Shown: positions 10,110 to 20,000 of the stretch, one piece after another
Position numbering within the stretch: position 1 is the first letter of the stretch
How the letters are laid out: each line of letters begins with the position of its first letter
Assembly (NCBI GenBank): GCA_009602725.1
Contig: WELB01000001.1
Coordinates: 690,411-710,410, forward strand
Direction: 5' to 3'
DNA from: Spirogloea muscicola
Lineage: Eukaryota
Length of the DNA stretch: 20,000 nt
Position numbers and translations under genes: made by a program
The notes under the pieces: generated by a model
The model's database searches: none
Told to the model about the DNA's origin: nothing
The model's input: the letters and a program-made list of their open reading frames with translations, nothing else

Positions 10110-12634
10110 ATGGGTGCAGCCGGTGCGCTGGTGCTGCCTGGTCGTCGTTCAGCTCGTTTGAGTTCTCTTCTCAATGCAGGCACTGCAGCAGGTACTAGTG
10201 CTGACCTTCGCAACTCAGCAGAGGTCCACTCTCAAGTCAAGCAGTGAAACATATCTGGTAGCCAATCATAAGTTGAGCAGCTACTGTACTTATTGAGTGC
10301 AGCGCACTTGGAGGGCAGTACCACTGATTTGTGGACTTCAGTAAGTCAAAGTAGCAGGTGGTAGCCTCCTGCATTACTGTTCAGTAAGCCTGTGTCTTAG
10401 GGGTCTCTGTATAGAGGGCTGCCAGTTCCTGGCTGTTTTGAACCTTCATGCTTGCGATGATAGATTGGAGCTCTTCAGCATCTACTTCTCCAGGCATTAG
10501 ACTACCAGCCACCGGACAAGTCCCATTTGCAAAGAGCTCGGAAGGTCCTGTTGCACAAGAGAAGCCTCACACAGCTTACGAAGAGGAGACTTCACAAGAG
10601 TGGGTCACATGCAGAGTCCTTTTCACTGTTGCCTTCAGGACATGAAGAAGAATTTCAGAGCAGCTGCATATTCCACATAAGAACACATTGTCACGGTCTT
10701 GGTGATAGACTTAGTGATCAACACACTGTGCATTGAAGAGACTTGCCGCATTCAAAATTCTAACAGGAGCTGGCCAGAAGATAGCAATGGTATTGAGGTA
10801 CCACTAAAACGTGGAAGGAGCAAGAGGGAGAAGACTCTACCGACCAGGGACCTTGAGGTAGCCATATTCTGCATTTGCTGGTGAGGGTAGCAGACATTGC
10901 TGCTTCCTCGTTGTTTTACAGCAGCGTAGCTAATAGTCAGTCATCTGAGCAGCCTGAGATCTGATCAATGCCATGGATAGAGAATGAGTTGCGGACATGA
11001 ATGTATGTGGAAGGCATAACAAGGTGGCTTTGACATCCTCTCTGACTCCTTCAAATGGGATTTCAGGAGAAACTCTGGCTGCTTGGTCATCCCCGAGTGG
11101 CTGGTGTTGATGAGGCCGGGAGAGGCCCACTTGCTGGACCTGTAGTAGCAGCTGCCTGCATCATCCCCAGCAGTGTCACCATAGCAGGTGGGAAGTGATT
11201 GCTAAATCTAGACATGACATTTTTCATTCAGGAGTCCATTGTGCAACCATACAGCGTATCACAATGACAGGGATCTTATAGCAGTACCCTTGCTAAGCCT
11301 ACCTATCATCCACAAGTTGCTCACTCAAGAAGCAGCTTTCAGACTCAGCCTTCCTTGGTTGCAGGCAGATACAGTCAAGTAATCTGTTGACTGGGTCAAC
11401 AGATGCCCTCCAAGTGCAGCCCATCTGCCTCAGCTAGTGCACATCTGCTCTTCTGCAGGTATAGATGACAGCAAATATCTCTCTTAAGAACGTCGAGAGG
11501 AGTTGTACGAACTTATCACGGGCACCCCAGGTGTCCAATATGCCGTAAGCATGCTCTCTTGCTGATGTATAGCAACTACTTAAGTAACTAGCTGTCCGCA
11601 ATGCTGGCTGCCCTGTTTTCCAATGCATGTTGAAGAGCTTGGATGAAGCTTGTCTGCACCTTCGGCAGTTGCGATGTGCATCACATTTCCAGTGTTCACT
11701 GTGTACTTGGTCCGCATATGTCTCACTAGGACGCCCACCTTGCTATGAAACCTGTATTCCAACTGCCAGGTTCAAGCCGTGGACGTTGCCGCAATTGACA
11801 AGATCAACATCCTTCAGGTGCATTGAGAGGCAGAAGGTTTTGTTGCCGCAGAAGGCGTGCTGCATCCTGCCAATTTTGCTAGCAGCAAACATGATATGCT
11901 TGCTCCTCAGGGCCTGTCATATTCATGCATTCTTGCAGGCTGCCATGCGTGCGATGGCCATGGCAGTCAAGGAATTAGATCAGAAGGGGGCAGGCAAGAG
12001 CTGTTATGTCCTAGTGGATGGCAATAGACTACCTAATGAAATTCCTTCATCCAGGGCTGAATCTGTCATCAAGGTGCTACTTTGACTCAAAAGCCTGTAG
12101 ACCATCAAGAAGCGTATCACGTTTGCCTAAGGCAATGTGCTTATTCAACATTGCGCAAATCGTCTGACCTTCATGAGTTGCTCCTGCCACACGCCAGCAG
12201 TGTCGAGCTTTTGAATCACCTGAATTGCTGATGGGAGCCCTTTCTACCTTTGCCCAGGGCGATGGTACCTGCCATGTCATTGCAGCTGCTTCCATCTTAG
12301 CCAAAGTCACACGTGACCGCATCATGTGCCAATATGACAGGTATGGTGTATGAAAGTTAGCTTGCTCTTGGTCCCTGCATGTATGTCAAGTGCCGAATAT
12401 GCATGATCTGAATCACAACCCTCTCTTACTTGAGCACTGTGCAGCAAGTGGCCTGAGTATGGCTTCAAGAACCACAAGGGCTATGCGACAGCTGCCCACA
12501 TTACGGCACTCCAGCAACATGGGCCCTGTGACATACATAGGAGAAGCTTTGCGCCTCTGAAGGACTGGATCAAGCCAAATTCAGGCATCAAGAGGTTCTT
12601 TGCTGCCCAAGAAAGGGGAGCAGGCCAACAATAG
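10110..12634 (+). pseudogene. rnhB: Bacterial-type ribonuclease HII with N-terminal extension; one in-frame TAA (recent pseudogene, null allele or sequence error)
   Basis: Core exons 11067-11187, 11459-11544, 11770-11817, 11939-12073, 12258-12340, 12445-12634 give [81 protein letters not shown]. Phase-consistent but less certain upstream exons: 10110-10191, 10494-10599, 10767-10857 (313 aa total). TAA at 11485-11487 interrupts DDSKYLS*ERREELYELI. Confidence 0.88.
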
Positions 12635-12840
12635 CAAGCTGAGTTGAAGAGTGCCGACTGTTGCCATTCAATATATAGTAGATGTGATAATGTAGTGAAC
12701 CAGCTAGTTGGGCTAGGGAATCATTCTGTCAAACAGCAGTATGGTGATACGGCGAACGGGATGGGCAAGCATCTGCCTTAGCCTACTGGGCCGTTGGTGT
12801 ACTCCTCATGAGAAGTGTTGGCCTGGCACATTGGATTAAC

Positions 12841-12900
12841 TCGCCTCTGAGGCGATCGCGCTGCTCCATAGCTATGTCGACACGTTGACTTAGCTATGGA
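12841..12900. repeat. Two adjacent palindromes downstream of the RNase HII stop
   Basis: TCGCCTC-t-GAGGCGA (12841-12855), and TCCATAGCTA...TAGCTATGGA (12865-12874/12891-12900) with a mostly paired interior. Confidence 0.8.
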
Positions 12901-13559
12901 CTGCCACCACCCACCTCGGATGCGGGCTGAGCCTGTGCTAGCTGATTTGTACATGCCGCCACGTTTGGAGTCAAGTTTGTGCCACTGAGAGGAAGGCGGT
13001 CTGCTGGTTTCGAGAGGGGGAGCAGTGTGCCCAAGCTGAAGACAGTGGAGAAAAGTGGCTATTCAATGCAGCCAAACAGTTGCGTCACTGGCCAGATCTA
13101 AAACTCCAGCAACAATCACGTCATGCAGCCTGACTTTGAGATGCAAGCCAGGATAAAGTCTCATGAGGGCGGTGCTCATGATACTATTGAGGTTGTTCTA
13201 CCTTTTACTGGCTTCAGTTACTCACTAATACTACATCTCTTGTCTTGTCCTCTTTTTGGGCTGGCTGCTCAGCCACTGCCCATGTGGTGGAGCTCACTTC
13301 TTCCGGCATCCTGCCCGCAAAGCTGAAATCGACAGACCAGGGCGATAGGAAGAGCTTTGCAATCGCCTTCCACTCATAGAACCTTGCCCGGGAGTGGTTT
13401 TTTGGACATTTCGTAATTCCGCTTGGGCTTCACAACAATCGCCCCCTTTTGGAAAAGCTTTGATTGGAAGTGGACTCGGTAGACAAAAGGCGGCGGGAAT
13501 CTTAGCTATCTATCCCGTCCCGACAGAGCGAGCGGCTTGGCAGCAGAGGGCATCGAAGG

Positions 13560-14470
13560 TCACTGGTCACCACTGAGCAACACAGGCGGCGTGGGCTGGC
13601 GCGGGGCCGTCAGAATCCGCCAGGCTGGGGGAAGCGAATGGCATGGTGGGAAGGTGGTACAGTAATCGGCACCGCTTTGTGGGTGGGCCTGCCACGCGGC
13701 GTCTCGGGATTGGCCAAGACGAGCGAAGTTCTCGGCGGGCGATCGGCGACCGCCCACGTGGCGAGGCCAGCCCAGCCAACGCCGGCCTCGGGCGTCACTC
13801 CCCCCCTCCTGCCCGGCAGGGGCCGGGGGGTGGGGAGGAGGGGGGGTGGGAGGCCGCCTGCGGGCAAATGCGGCGCACTTCCCCCGCCCCTCCCTGCTCC
13901 TCCCCCCCTCCTCCCTGATCCCGCCCAGCCGCCATAGCCGTCCGGGGGGGCGGGCCCCCCCGCAGCCCGCCATAGCCGCCATGCCCCCTGGGGGGCCGAC
14001 CAAGCCAGCCGACCCCTCTCCCCGCTTTCACACGGCGCGCCTACCGGCCGCTCGCCTCCCGCCCCCCNNNNNNNNNNNNNNNNNNNNNNNNNNNNNNNNN
14101 NNNNNNNNNNNNNNNNNNNNNNNNNNNNNNNNNNNNNNNNNNNNNNNNNNNNCCGCCGCCGCCGCCGCGCTAAGGCCCGGCGAGCCGCCGCGGGGGTGCC
14201 GGGCCCACTCCCCGCCGGAGGACCTCGCCGGAGCCACTGGGGCTGAACATGGTGGCCTCTCGGCCAGGCCGGCGGCCGGCCGGCTCGCTGTGAGCGACCG
14301 GCAGCGACGGGGAGCGCCGTCTCCGCCTGCAGGCACATGGCTTGGTGGCACCAGTAGCTTCCATCTGTGGAGCCCGGAGCCCTTCTGTGCGAGCCGCTGA
14401 TAGGGCCAGGCCTCGGCAGGCCGAGAGTCGATTGCCCACGTCTGCCAGGCCGCTGAAGCCCACGCCAGCG
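13560..14470 (+). promoter_or_regulatory. GC-rich promoter / probable 5'UTR first exon of the STOP1-like gene
   Basis: Abrupt GC/CpG-rich island upstream of the STOP1-like CDS. Contains G-box CCACGTGG at 13754-13761, reverse CCAAT near 13710, G- and C-tracts at 13800-13915, GCC runs, a candidate donor GTAAAG at 14471 and an acceptor CAG immediately before ATG 14916. Confidence 0.5.
14068..14152. other. Assembly gap (85 N) within GC-rich low-complexity tract
   Basis: Run of N flanked by C-run and CCG repeats. Confidence 0.99.
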
Positions 14471-14915
14471 GTAAAGGAATGAATAACTACGGAAGCGGCG
14501 GGTTCAGCCGATTTGGATCCGAGCAGTTGAACGAGGTGTGCTCCCAACCCTCTATGAATGCCTCAATGTCTCACTGGTCAAGGCCCTGTGTTGACCATGA
14601 GTTGACTATTTGGTCTGTCCACTTGAGTGCGTTCCTCTGAGCAAGATTATCCCCTTTACCAAGCCTTAAAGACGGTGGAGTAGGATAAGGGAAGGAAGGG
14701 TGAGTTTGCAGTGGCAGGAAGGGTGACAGGGGAGGGTTGCTTGTTCTGAGCAGACGTGTGAGGTGCCTGCCTCAGGCAGTTGTGGTGGATGCTCAGTCGT
14801 CATGTGGAGGCAGGCATTGCTTGGGCCGCGCAGAAGCATGATGTGAGGGGTCGTTCGTGCCCTCTGACTCTCCAGGCCACCATCATCCTGACGTTGTCCC
14901 TCTTCCACAAAGCAG

Positions 14916-17517
14916 ATGTCGCAGCAAATGCACATGCTGGCACCTGCCAATAACAGCCTAGCACCAACATCCAATCCCCAGTATGACGGCATGAGATTTG
15001 ACAATCTGGGCATGGCTCAGCTGGGCAACAATCAGTTAGGCGCCAGCCAGCCCCAGTCTTTGATGAGTGCGCTCAATCTACTGCAACAGGTCTGCCCTTC
15101 AACTGGCTTGCCACATAACTGATCGATGCCTGTCAGTTGCTGTGGCTTGTACTGCTTGGATGGAAGGGGGCCGTTTCATGTCAGTGGTCTTACTTGTTGC
15201 TCAGAACAAATGGACTCATTGTAGGATGGCATGCAGATGTTGTGATTCGCATTTGTGTGTCCCTGGCATGACCAGTCAACCAGTGACTATGTGGTAGCTG
15301 TGATCCTTGCCTATGGTAGCCTGCTTCAGTGTAGTACCTGATGTAGAGCAGGTAATGTCCTGTTGCCAGGTGTTGCCTGTCAGAGTGAGTCTTGCAATGA
15401 TGGTCCGAGGCATTTTCATACTTTGCTACCCTACTTGACAAAATTTCCTGGTCGGAATTGTTCCTGTGCAGAATATTGGAGCCTTGCAAGGTCTTGTGCC
15501 GCTCATTGCTCAGAACTCAGCTCAGCCCAACTCCTTGGTACAAGCTCAGCAGCTGCAACAGCAGCAGGCAGTCACTGCAACGGGCGTGGCAACAGTCATT
15601 TCTCAGCTAGCAGTTGCTGCTGCAGGCATCCTTCCTCAGATGAGTCAGTTGCAGGCACTTGGGAGCCAGACAACTGGGAGCCAGGATCAGGCTGTGCAGT
15701 TTACTGGCCTCCCGGCCCACAGCAACACGAGCAATGGCAGTGCCCACACCTTGAATTTCTTCGTGTCACCTTCTCAAGGGCAGGGTAATCAGCAGCATGC
15801 TGTGGTAGTGGAGTCACATGACCAGCAGGAACTTTTCCCGGTGACCACCGCTTCATATGACAACTCTCAGAAGGATACTGTGTCTGCTCAGACAACTGCA
15901 GATGATGATGACAATTACGAAGAGACACTCCCTGGTCAGTAGTGAATGCTGTCCTTGATGGTTAAAATTCCAGTCCTTAAGTCTGAGCGTTGCACTCTGC
16001 ATCATATTTGCTAATTGTCATGCAGTATCAGCATGCAAACTGCTTGGATTAGGAATTTGGCAGTTCGCGTGTTTTAGATCACTCTTCACCTGTTGTGAGG
16101 CGTCCAACTTCAAGAGGAAGCCATGGGCACCTTTGAGGGGATTGCTCTCAATAGCCTCACTTGTCTCCATGCAGAGGGGTCTTATGATGTCGTTGAGATG
16201 GACCCAGTGGAGATTCTTGCCGAGCATACGCACTTCTGTGCCATCTGTGGCAAGGGTATGACCGAGCTTGCTAATGTCAGCTGATTCTTGTCAGTATCAT
16301 GCAGTAGGCCACCTTTTGCTGTTCTCAGTCTGCAATGCTGGAACCTGGTCTGACATATCCAGATACCTGTTCTGACAGGCTTCAAGCGAGATGCTAATCT
16401 TCGAATGCACATGAGGGGTCATGGTGACGAGTATAAGACACCTGCTGCTCTATCCAGACCTGAGAGGCCTGGTCTTGGTTCTGTACCCATCCGCCCCAAG
16501 AGGTGACAGCTTCATTTGAATGTTTCAGATAGAAACAGTAATCCAACTTCAAGCATAGGATCTTTGTATGTGAGCTGCATCGCGCCGTAGTCAATGTTGT
16601 TAAATGGCAGTGCATATGCTACACATCAACAAGACAATGTCTGGCTTGACTGGATCTGGACGGGTGCATGCTGTAACCTTCAATGAGCTGTCTATCTGAA
16701 AATAAGGATGATGAGCGATTATGTCAGCCCATTCACAGTGCGTGATCAAGCTGCTTTGCTTCCTGGGTATTGGACAGGTTCAGCTGCCCCTACATGGGTT
16801 GCAAGCGCAACAGGAAGCACCGTAAGTTCCAACCGTTAAAGACCATGCTGTGTGTTAAGAACCACTACCGGCGGAGCCACTGTCCCAAGATGCTCACTTG
16901 TTCTAAGTGCGGCTCCAAGAAGTTCTCGGTGGTAGCCGACCTTAAGACGCATGAGAAGCACTGTGGAAAGGACAAGTGGCTGTGCTCCTGCGGGACAACA
17001 TTTTCGCGCAAGGACAAGCTTCTCGGCCATCTTTCTCTCTTCTCTGGCCACACACCTGCTATGCCATTGCATGTTATGGAGGAGGGAATCAACAACTCAG
17101 GAACCCCCCTGGTAAGCACATTCTGATGTGTTGGATTGCACTGCTGTGGTGGTTCCCTGTCGTACCACGTTGATTGCAGAGCAGCCCTCATGGGACATAC
17201 ATACAGCTAAAATTGGAGAAGAGTGTATGCAAGGCAGGTGACAGCACACAGAAAAGGTTGCTGAAGTTTACATGCACTTGACAACAGTAGAGCACCTTGC
17301 AATCATGGTTTGGCTTGACCTTGACCTTGACCTTGACTTCCTGCAGACACCAAGGAGCTCGCTTCCGGAGGTGAAGCAGATGAATGCTGGGGATTCCAAT
17401 CAGGGCCAGCTGTTGGATGAGTCGTCAAGACCAAGTGCCCTTCCCATACTGCAGAGTTTGTTCACAACAAACTTCTTGGAGCATGAGACTGGAGGAAGTA
17501 GCCGGGCTCTCAGATAG
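14916..17517 (+). CDS. STOP1: STOP1-like C2H2 zinc-finger transcription factor (four fingers), 6 coding exons, ~448 aa
   Basis: Exons 14916-15089, 15472-15934, 16175-16255, 16379-16502, 16778-17111, 17347-17517 (1347 nt, phases consistent). Contains [116 protein letters not shown], and the STOP1-like N-terminal helical block [15 protein letters not shown]...[14 protein letters not shown]. The start codon is slightly uncertain because an acceptor lies directly upstream. Confidence 0.94.
17314..17337 (+). repeat. (CTTGAC)x4 microsatellite near 3' end of last STOP1 intron
   Basis: Four perfect hexamers ending just upstream of the acceptor AG at 17345-17346. Confidence 0.95.
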
Positions 17518-19368
17518 CGAGGCCCTATTGGGGCCTAAAGCAGCAGAGTACTGGCAATTACCATGTCTTCGTCTCATGATACTAGGGTGGTTCAAATACC
17601 TCTTAGGCACTGTATTCGTCCTTTGGGACATTGTTCCCGCAATAGGGTTGTACTTAGTCAGGAGCATACTTTTGTGTGGTTGCCATCAAGACCAAGCTGC
17701 TGTTATACGCGTAATGTCTGTCAGGAGCCGTATCACATGGATGCAGTTGGCAATGACTGATGTTGACCCAAGCACCTTGTCCTCTCGCCACTTGTCTGTT
17801 GTCGCATGGTGCTTATCTTCTTGCATGATGTATCAGGCTGCAGGTCAGCTGCTTCATGGCAGATAGTCGAGTTAGCTAGTCGAGTTAGACAGGCACATTA
17901 GCTTGCTGGTGTTAGTGGAACTTGAAGTTCGAGTTTTGTAGGAACGGGTACAAGCGTTGAGCTTTTGCTTTCCCCTTGAGCTCTGCTTTTGAACTTTGCC
18001 ATTTTGGGTATTTGTATACAAGTGCAAGCTGCTCTGTACTGGCGTATCAAGTGGCCATTACTTTCGTCCCCATGCTGCGAGCCCTTGTCCCAGCCTTCAT
18101 TGCAGTTACTTCGCGCTACAATATCAATGAATTGTTGGTACTGGGACTACTTCTTTGTGGGTCATGGGGATGGCAGGACTTGGTGATGAGTTTCTGGTGG
18201 CTGATGTGCATCTGTACTGCTGTACGATGTGTGGAACTATGACTTAGCCTTGCAGGCCGGGGTATATTTGGGGTTGTGTTGCTAGGCGCAGTGACACTCG
18301 GTACTGGTTAATACCTTCTTGGTGTTAGTGGGCAGAGACTACAGGCATTAGGCAATTGGTCAGATGATGTCATTTTCGTCAAGAGTGGTCCATGCCAGGC
18401 AGGCCTTAGGCTGCACACTTGTGGAGTCTGAAGTTTCGCTAGCAAAATTAAGGTGTGGGCAATGGCAGACTGCAATGTCGAAGCAAGAATGAAGCAAGAG
18501 TGAAGCAAGAGGCTGGAGAAGCTGGGCAGACTTGCAGGAAGCTTAGGGCAGCAGCACCTTGTCCTGGAGGAAGTTTCTCTGGCCAACTCGGCAAACCAAT
18601 ATGGTAGGAGGCCAAAGCCCTCTTGGCAATGGCGAGACCAGAGCTGGATGTATGTTTGGTAATGACAAAAAGCGCCACTTTTTAGCCCACTCTGACAGGC
18701 TAGGGAGGCGCTTCTCTCAAGATGAGGACTTGCGAACAAGGTGCTCAATGGCGCCTGCTGGTGGCTCTGTGGCAAGGCATCCACTGTGTAACACAGACGT
18801 GCATCTGTTTGAGTAGCAATCACTTATGCCACTTGCATTGCTGAGCGGTTAGCACTTTGCAGCCCCTTTGGACCTTGTCCAGAAGTCCAGATGAGCTGCC
18901 CTTCACAGCAACCGCCTCCCATAGCTTGTTCATCTGCATCTGATGCTCACTGGAAGTAACAGCCCGGTTGAGAATAGGGAAGGTCCACGGTGTGTATGAC
19001 TTGGAAGGGAGGTCAAGACGAGCCGCAGCACTGTTCAGGGATTATGTACTGCAAAGACTGACAAAGCGAAGCCCTCGGCAAGGGGGTTGCCAAAGTAACA
19101 GAGCGGCCAGAGCACAACAAAAAAAGGGGTTGACAAAAGTGACGCAGACGAAGCTCTTCGTCTGCCGAATAGGGCAAAGGCTGTGAGAGGCCAGTCTCAG
19201 ATCCTATGCACACTGCCAGATAGTTGCTTCTCTTGAGAAGAGCTATGCCTTTCATTGGAAGAGCTGTTTCTCTGCCAAGAGAAAGGCGCATTGTGCGCAT
19301 AAAATGAGAGGGTGGCCAAACCGAGCCTAACAAAGGTCCTGGTAATGGGGCAATAAGCTGGCAAAGGG

Positions 19369-20000
19369 AGAAATCTCGTATTTTTGAAACAAACGAAGGC
19401 CAAATGGCCAAGTACGAAAGCAAGCACATCTGAAGACCTACACAAGAAATTCGTGTGTTTAAAACAAACGAAGGCCAAATAGCCAAGAACAAAGGCAAGC
19501 ACATCTAAGACCTATATAACCTACAGCAGAATGACCCGCTCAGTAACCGCGGGTCAAAACATGAAGGTCGCTAATCGATGCCTGGATACTAGATATTGGA
19601 TAAGAAGCCCTTCTGTCACCAACTAGAGCTCGCCCAGCTTTCTGGTGCAAGGCATTAGCCTGGGCACGCTGCAGACAGGCCGAAACTCGTCGTCGCAATA
19701 AAGACAGATATGTAGCTTGCAAGCACATCTCAGCCGGGAACACATCGGCTCGTCGTGTGTAGCCTAGATCGGCCATACACAGAGGTTCGATGGATGCGTG
19801 TGTATTAAGAGATGGGGAGGCCATGTGTGGCCAAGTACAAAGGCAAGCACATTGGACAAATGTACGTCACCTGCTGCTAAGCTGACCCGCTCAGTAACCA
19901 CGAGTCAGCACATAGAGGTCGCTAGCTGACGCTCGAATACCGGACGGCAATTGACTAGCTCTTGTGCCAGCAGCTAAGGCTCGACCAGCTTTCTGATGCA
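19369..20000. repeat. Nested diverged repeat: 75-bp tandem pair plus ~350-bp period repeat continuing beyond the window
   Basis: aaacaaacgaaggccaaat at 19387 and 19462 (period 75). gccaag.acaaaggcaagcaca at ~19482 and ~19830. tgacccgctcagtaacc at 19532 and 19883. gctcg.ccagctttctg.tgca near 19628 and 19978. Confidence 0.85.

Noticed and set aside
11485..11487. Alternative nuclear genetic code (TAA/TAG=Gln, or TGA recoding)
   Set aside because: PdxK ends in TAA at the expected position and the RNase HII and STOP1-like genes end in TAG. Only one internal TAA and one TE-borne TGA occur, which fits sporadic lesions better.
13560..14547. Long G/P/A/R-rich ORFs on both strands around the gap
   Set aside because: Low-complexity GC-rich sequence is open in most frames and the ORFs span unknown bases. 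No domain signal.
19369..19514. CRISPR-like repeat-spacer array
   Set aside because: Eukaryotic context, only 2-3 degenerate copies, the intervening sequences are similar to each other rather than unique spacers, and no cas genes are present.
18308..19824. ORFs of 70-170 aa downstream of STOP1
   Set aside because: No recognisable motifs or consistent exon chain. Internal peptide repeats simply reflect the DNA tandem repeat.

Overview
Eukaryotic nuclear DNA rich in GT-AG spliceosomal introns. The gene content points to a streptophyte (alga or non-seed plant), which is an inference. Left to right: (1) a complete 12-exon pyridoxal kinase gene (PdxK/SOS4 type) on the minus strand, 395-3538, with a possible 75-aa N-terminal extension; (2) a 691-bp solo LTR (4010-4700, TGTAA...TTACA, 5-bp TSD CCTTT); (3) a full-length 4047-bp pogo/Tigger-family DNA transposon (5099-9145, perfect 23-bp TIRs, TA TSD) whose intron-containing DD41D transposase has a 13-bp frameshifting duplication and a premature TGA; (4) a bacterial-type RNase HII gene on the plus strand (about 10110-12634) with intact catalytic motifs but one in-frame TAA, plus short motifs resembling nuclear/PCNA-binding signals; (5) a very GC-rich promoter/5' region with an 85-N gap; (6) a 6-exon STOP1-like four-C2H2 zinc-finger transcription factor (14916-17517); (7) a nested 75-bp/~350-bp diverged repeat running off the right edge. 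All exon models were spliced by hand. Homologies come from recognised motifs, not database searches.
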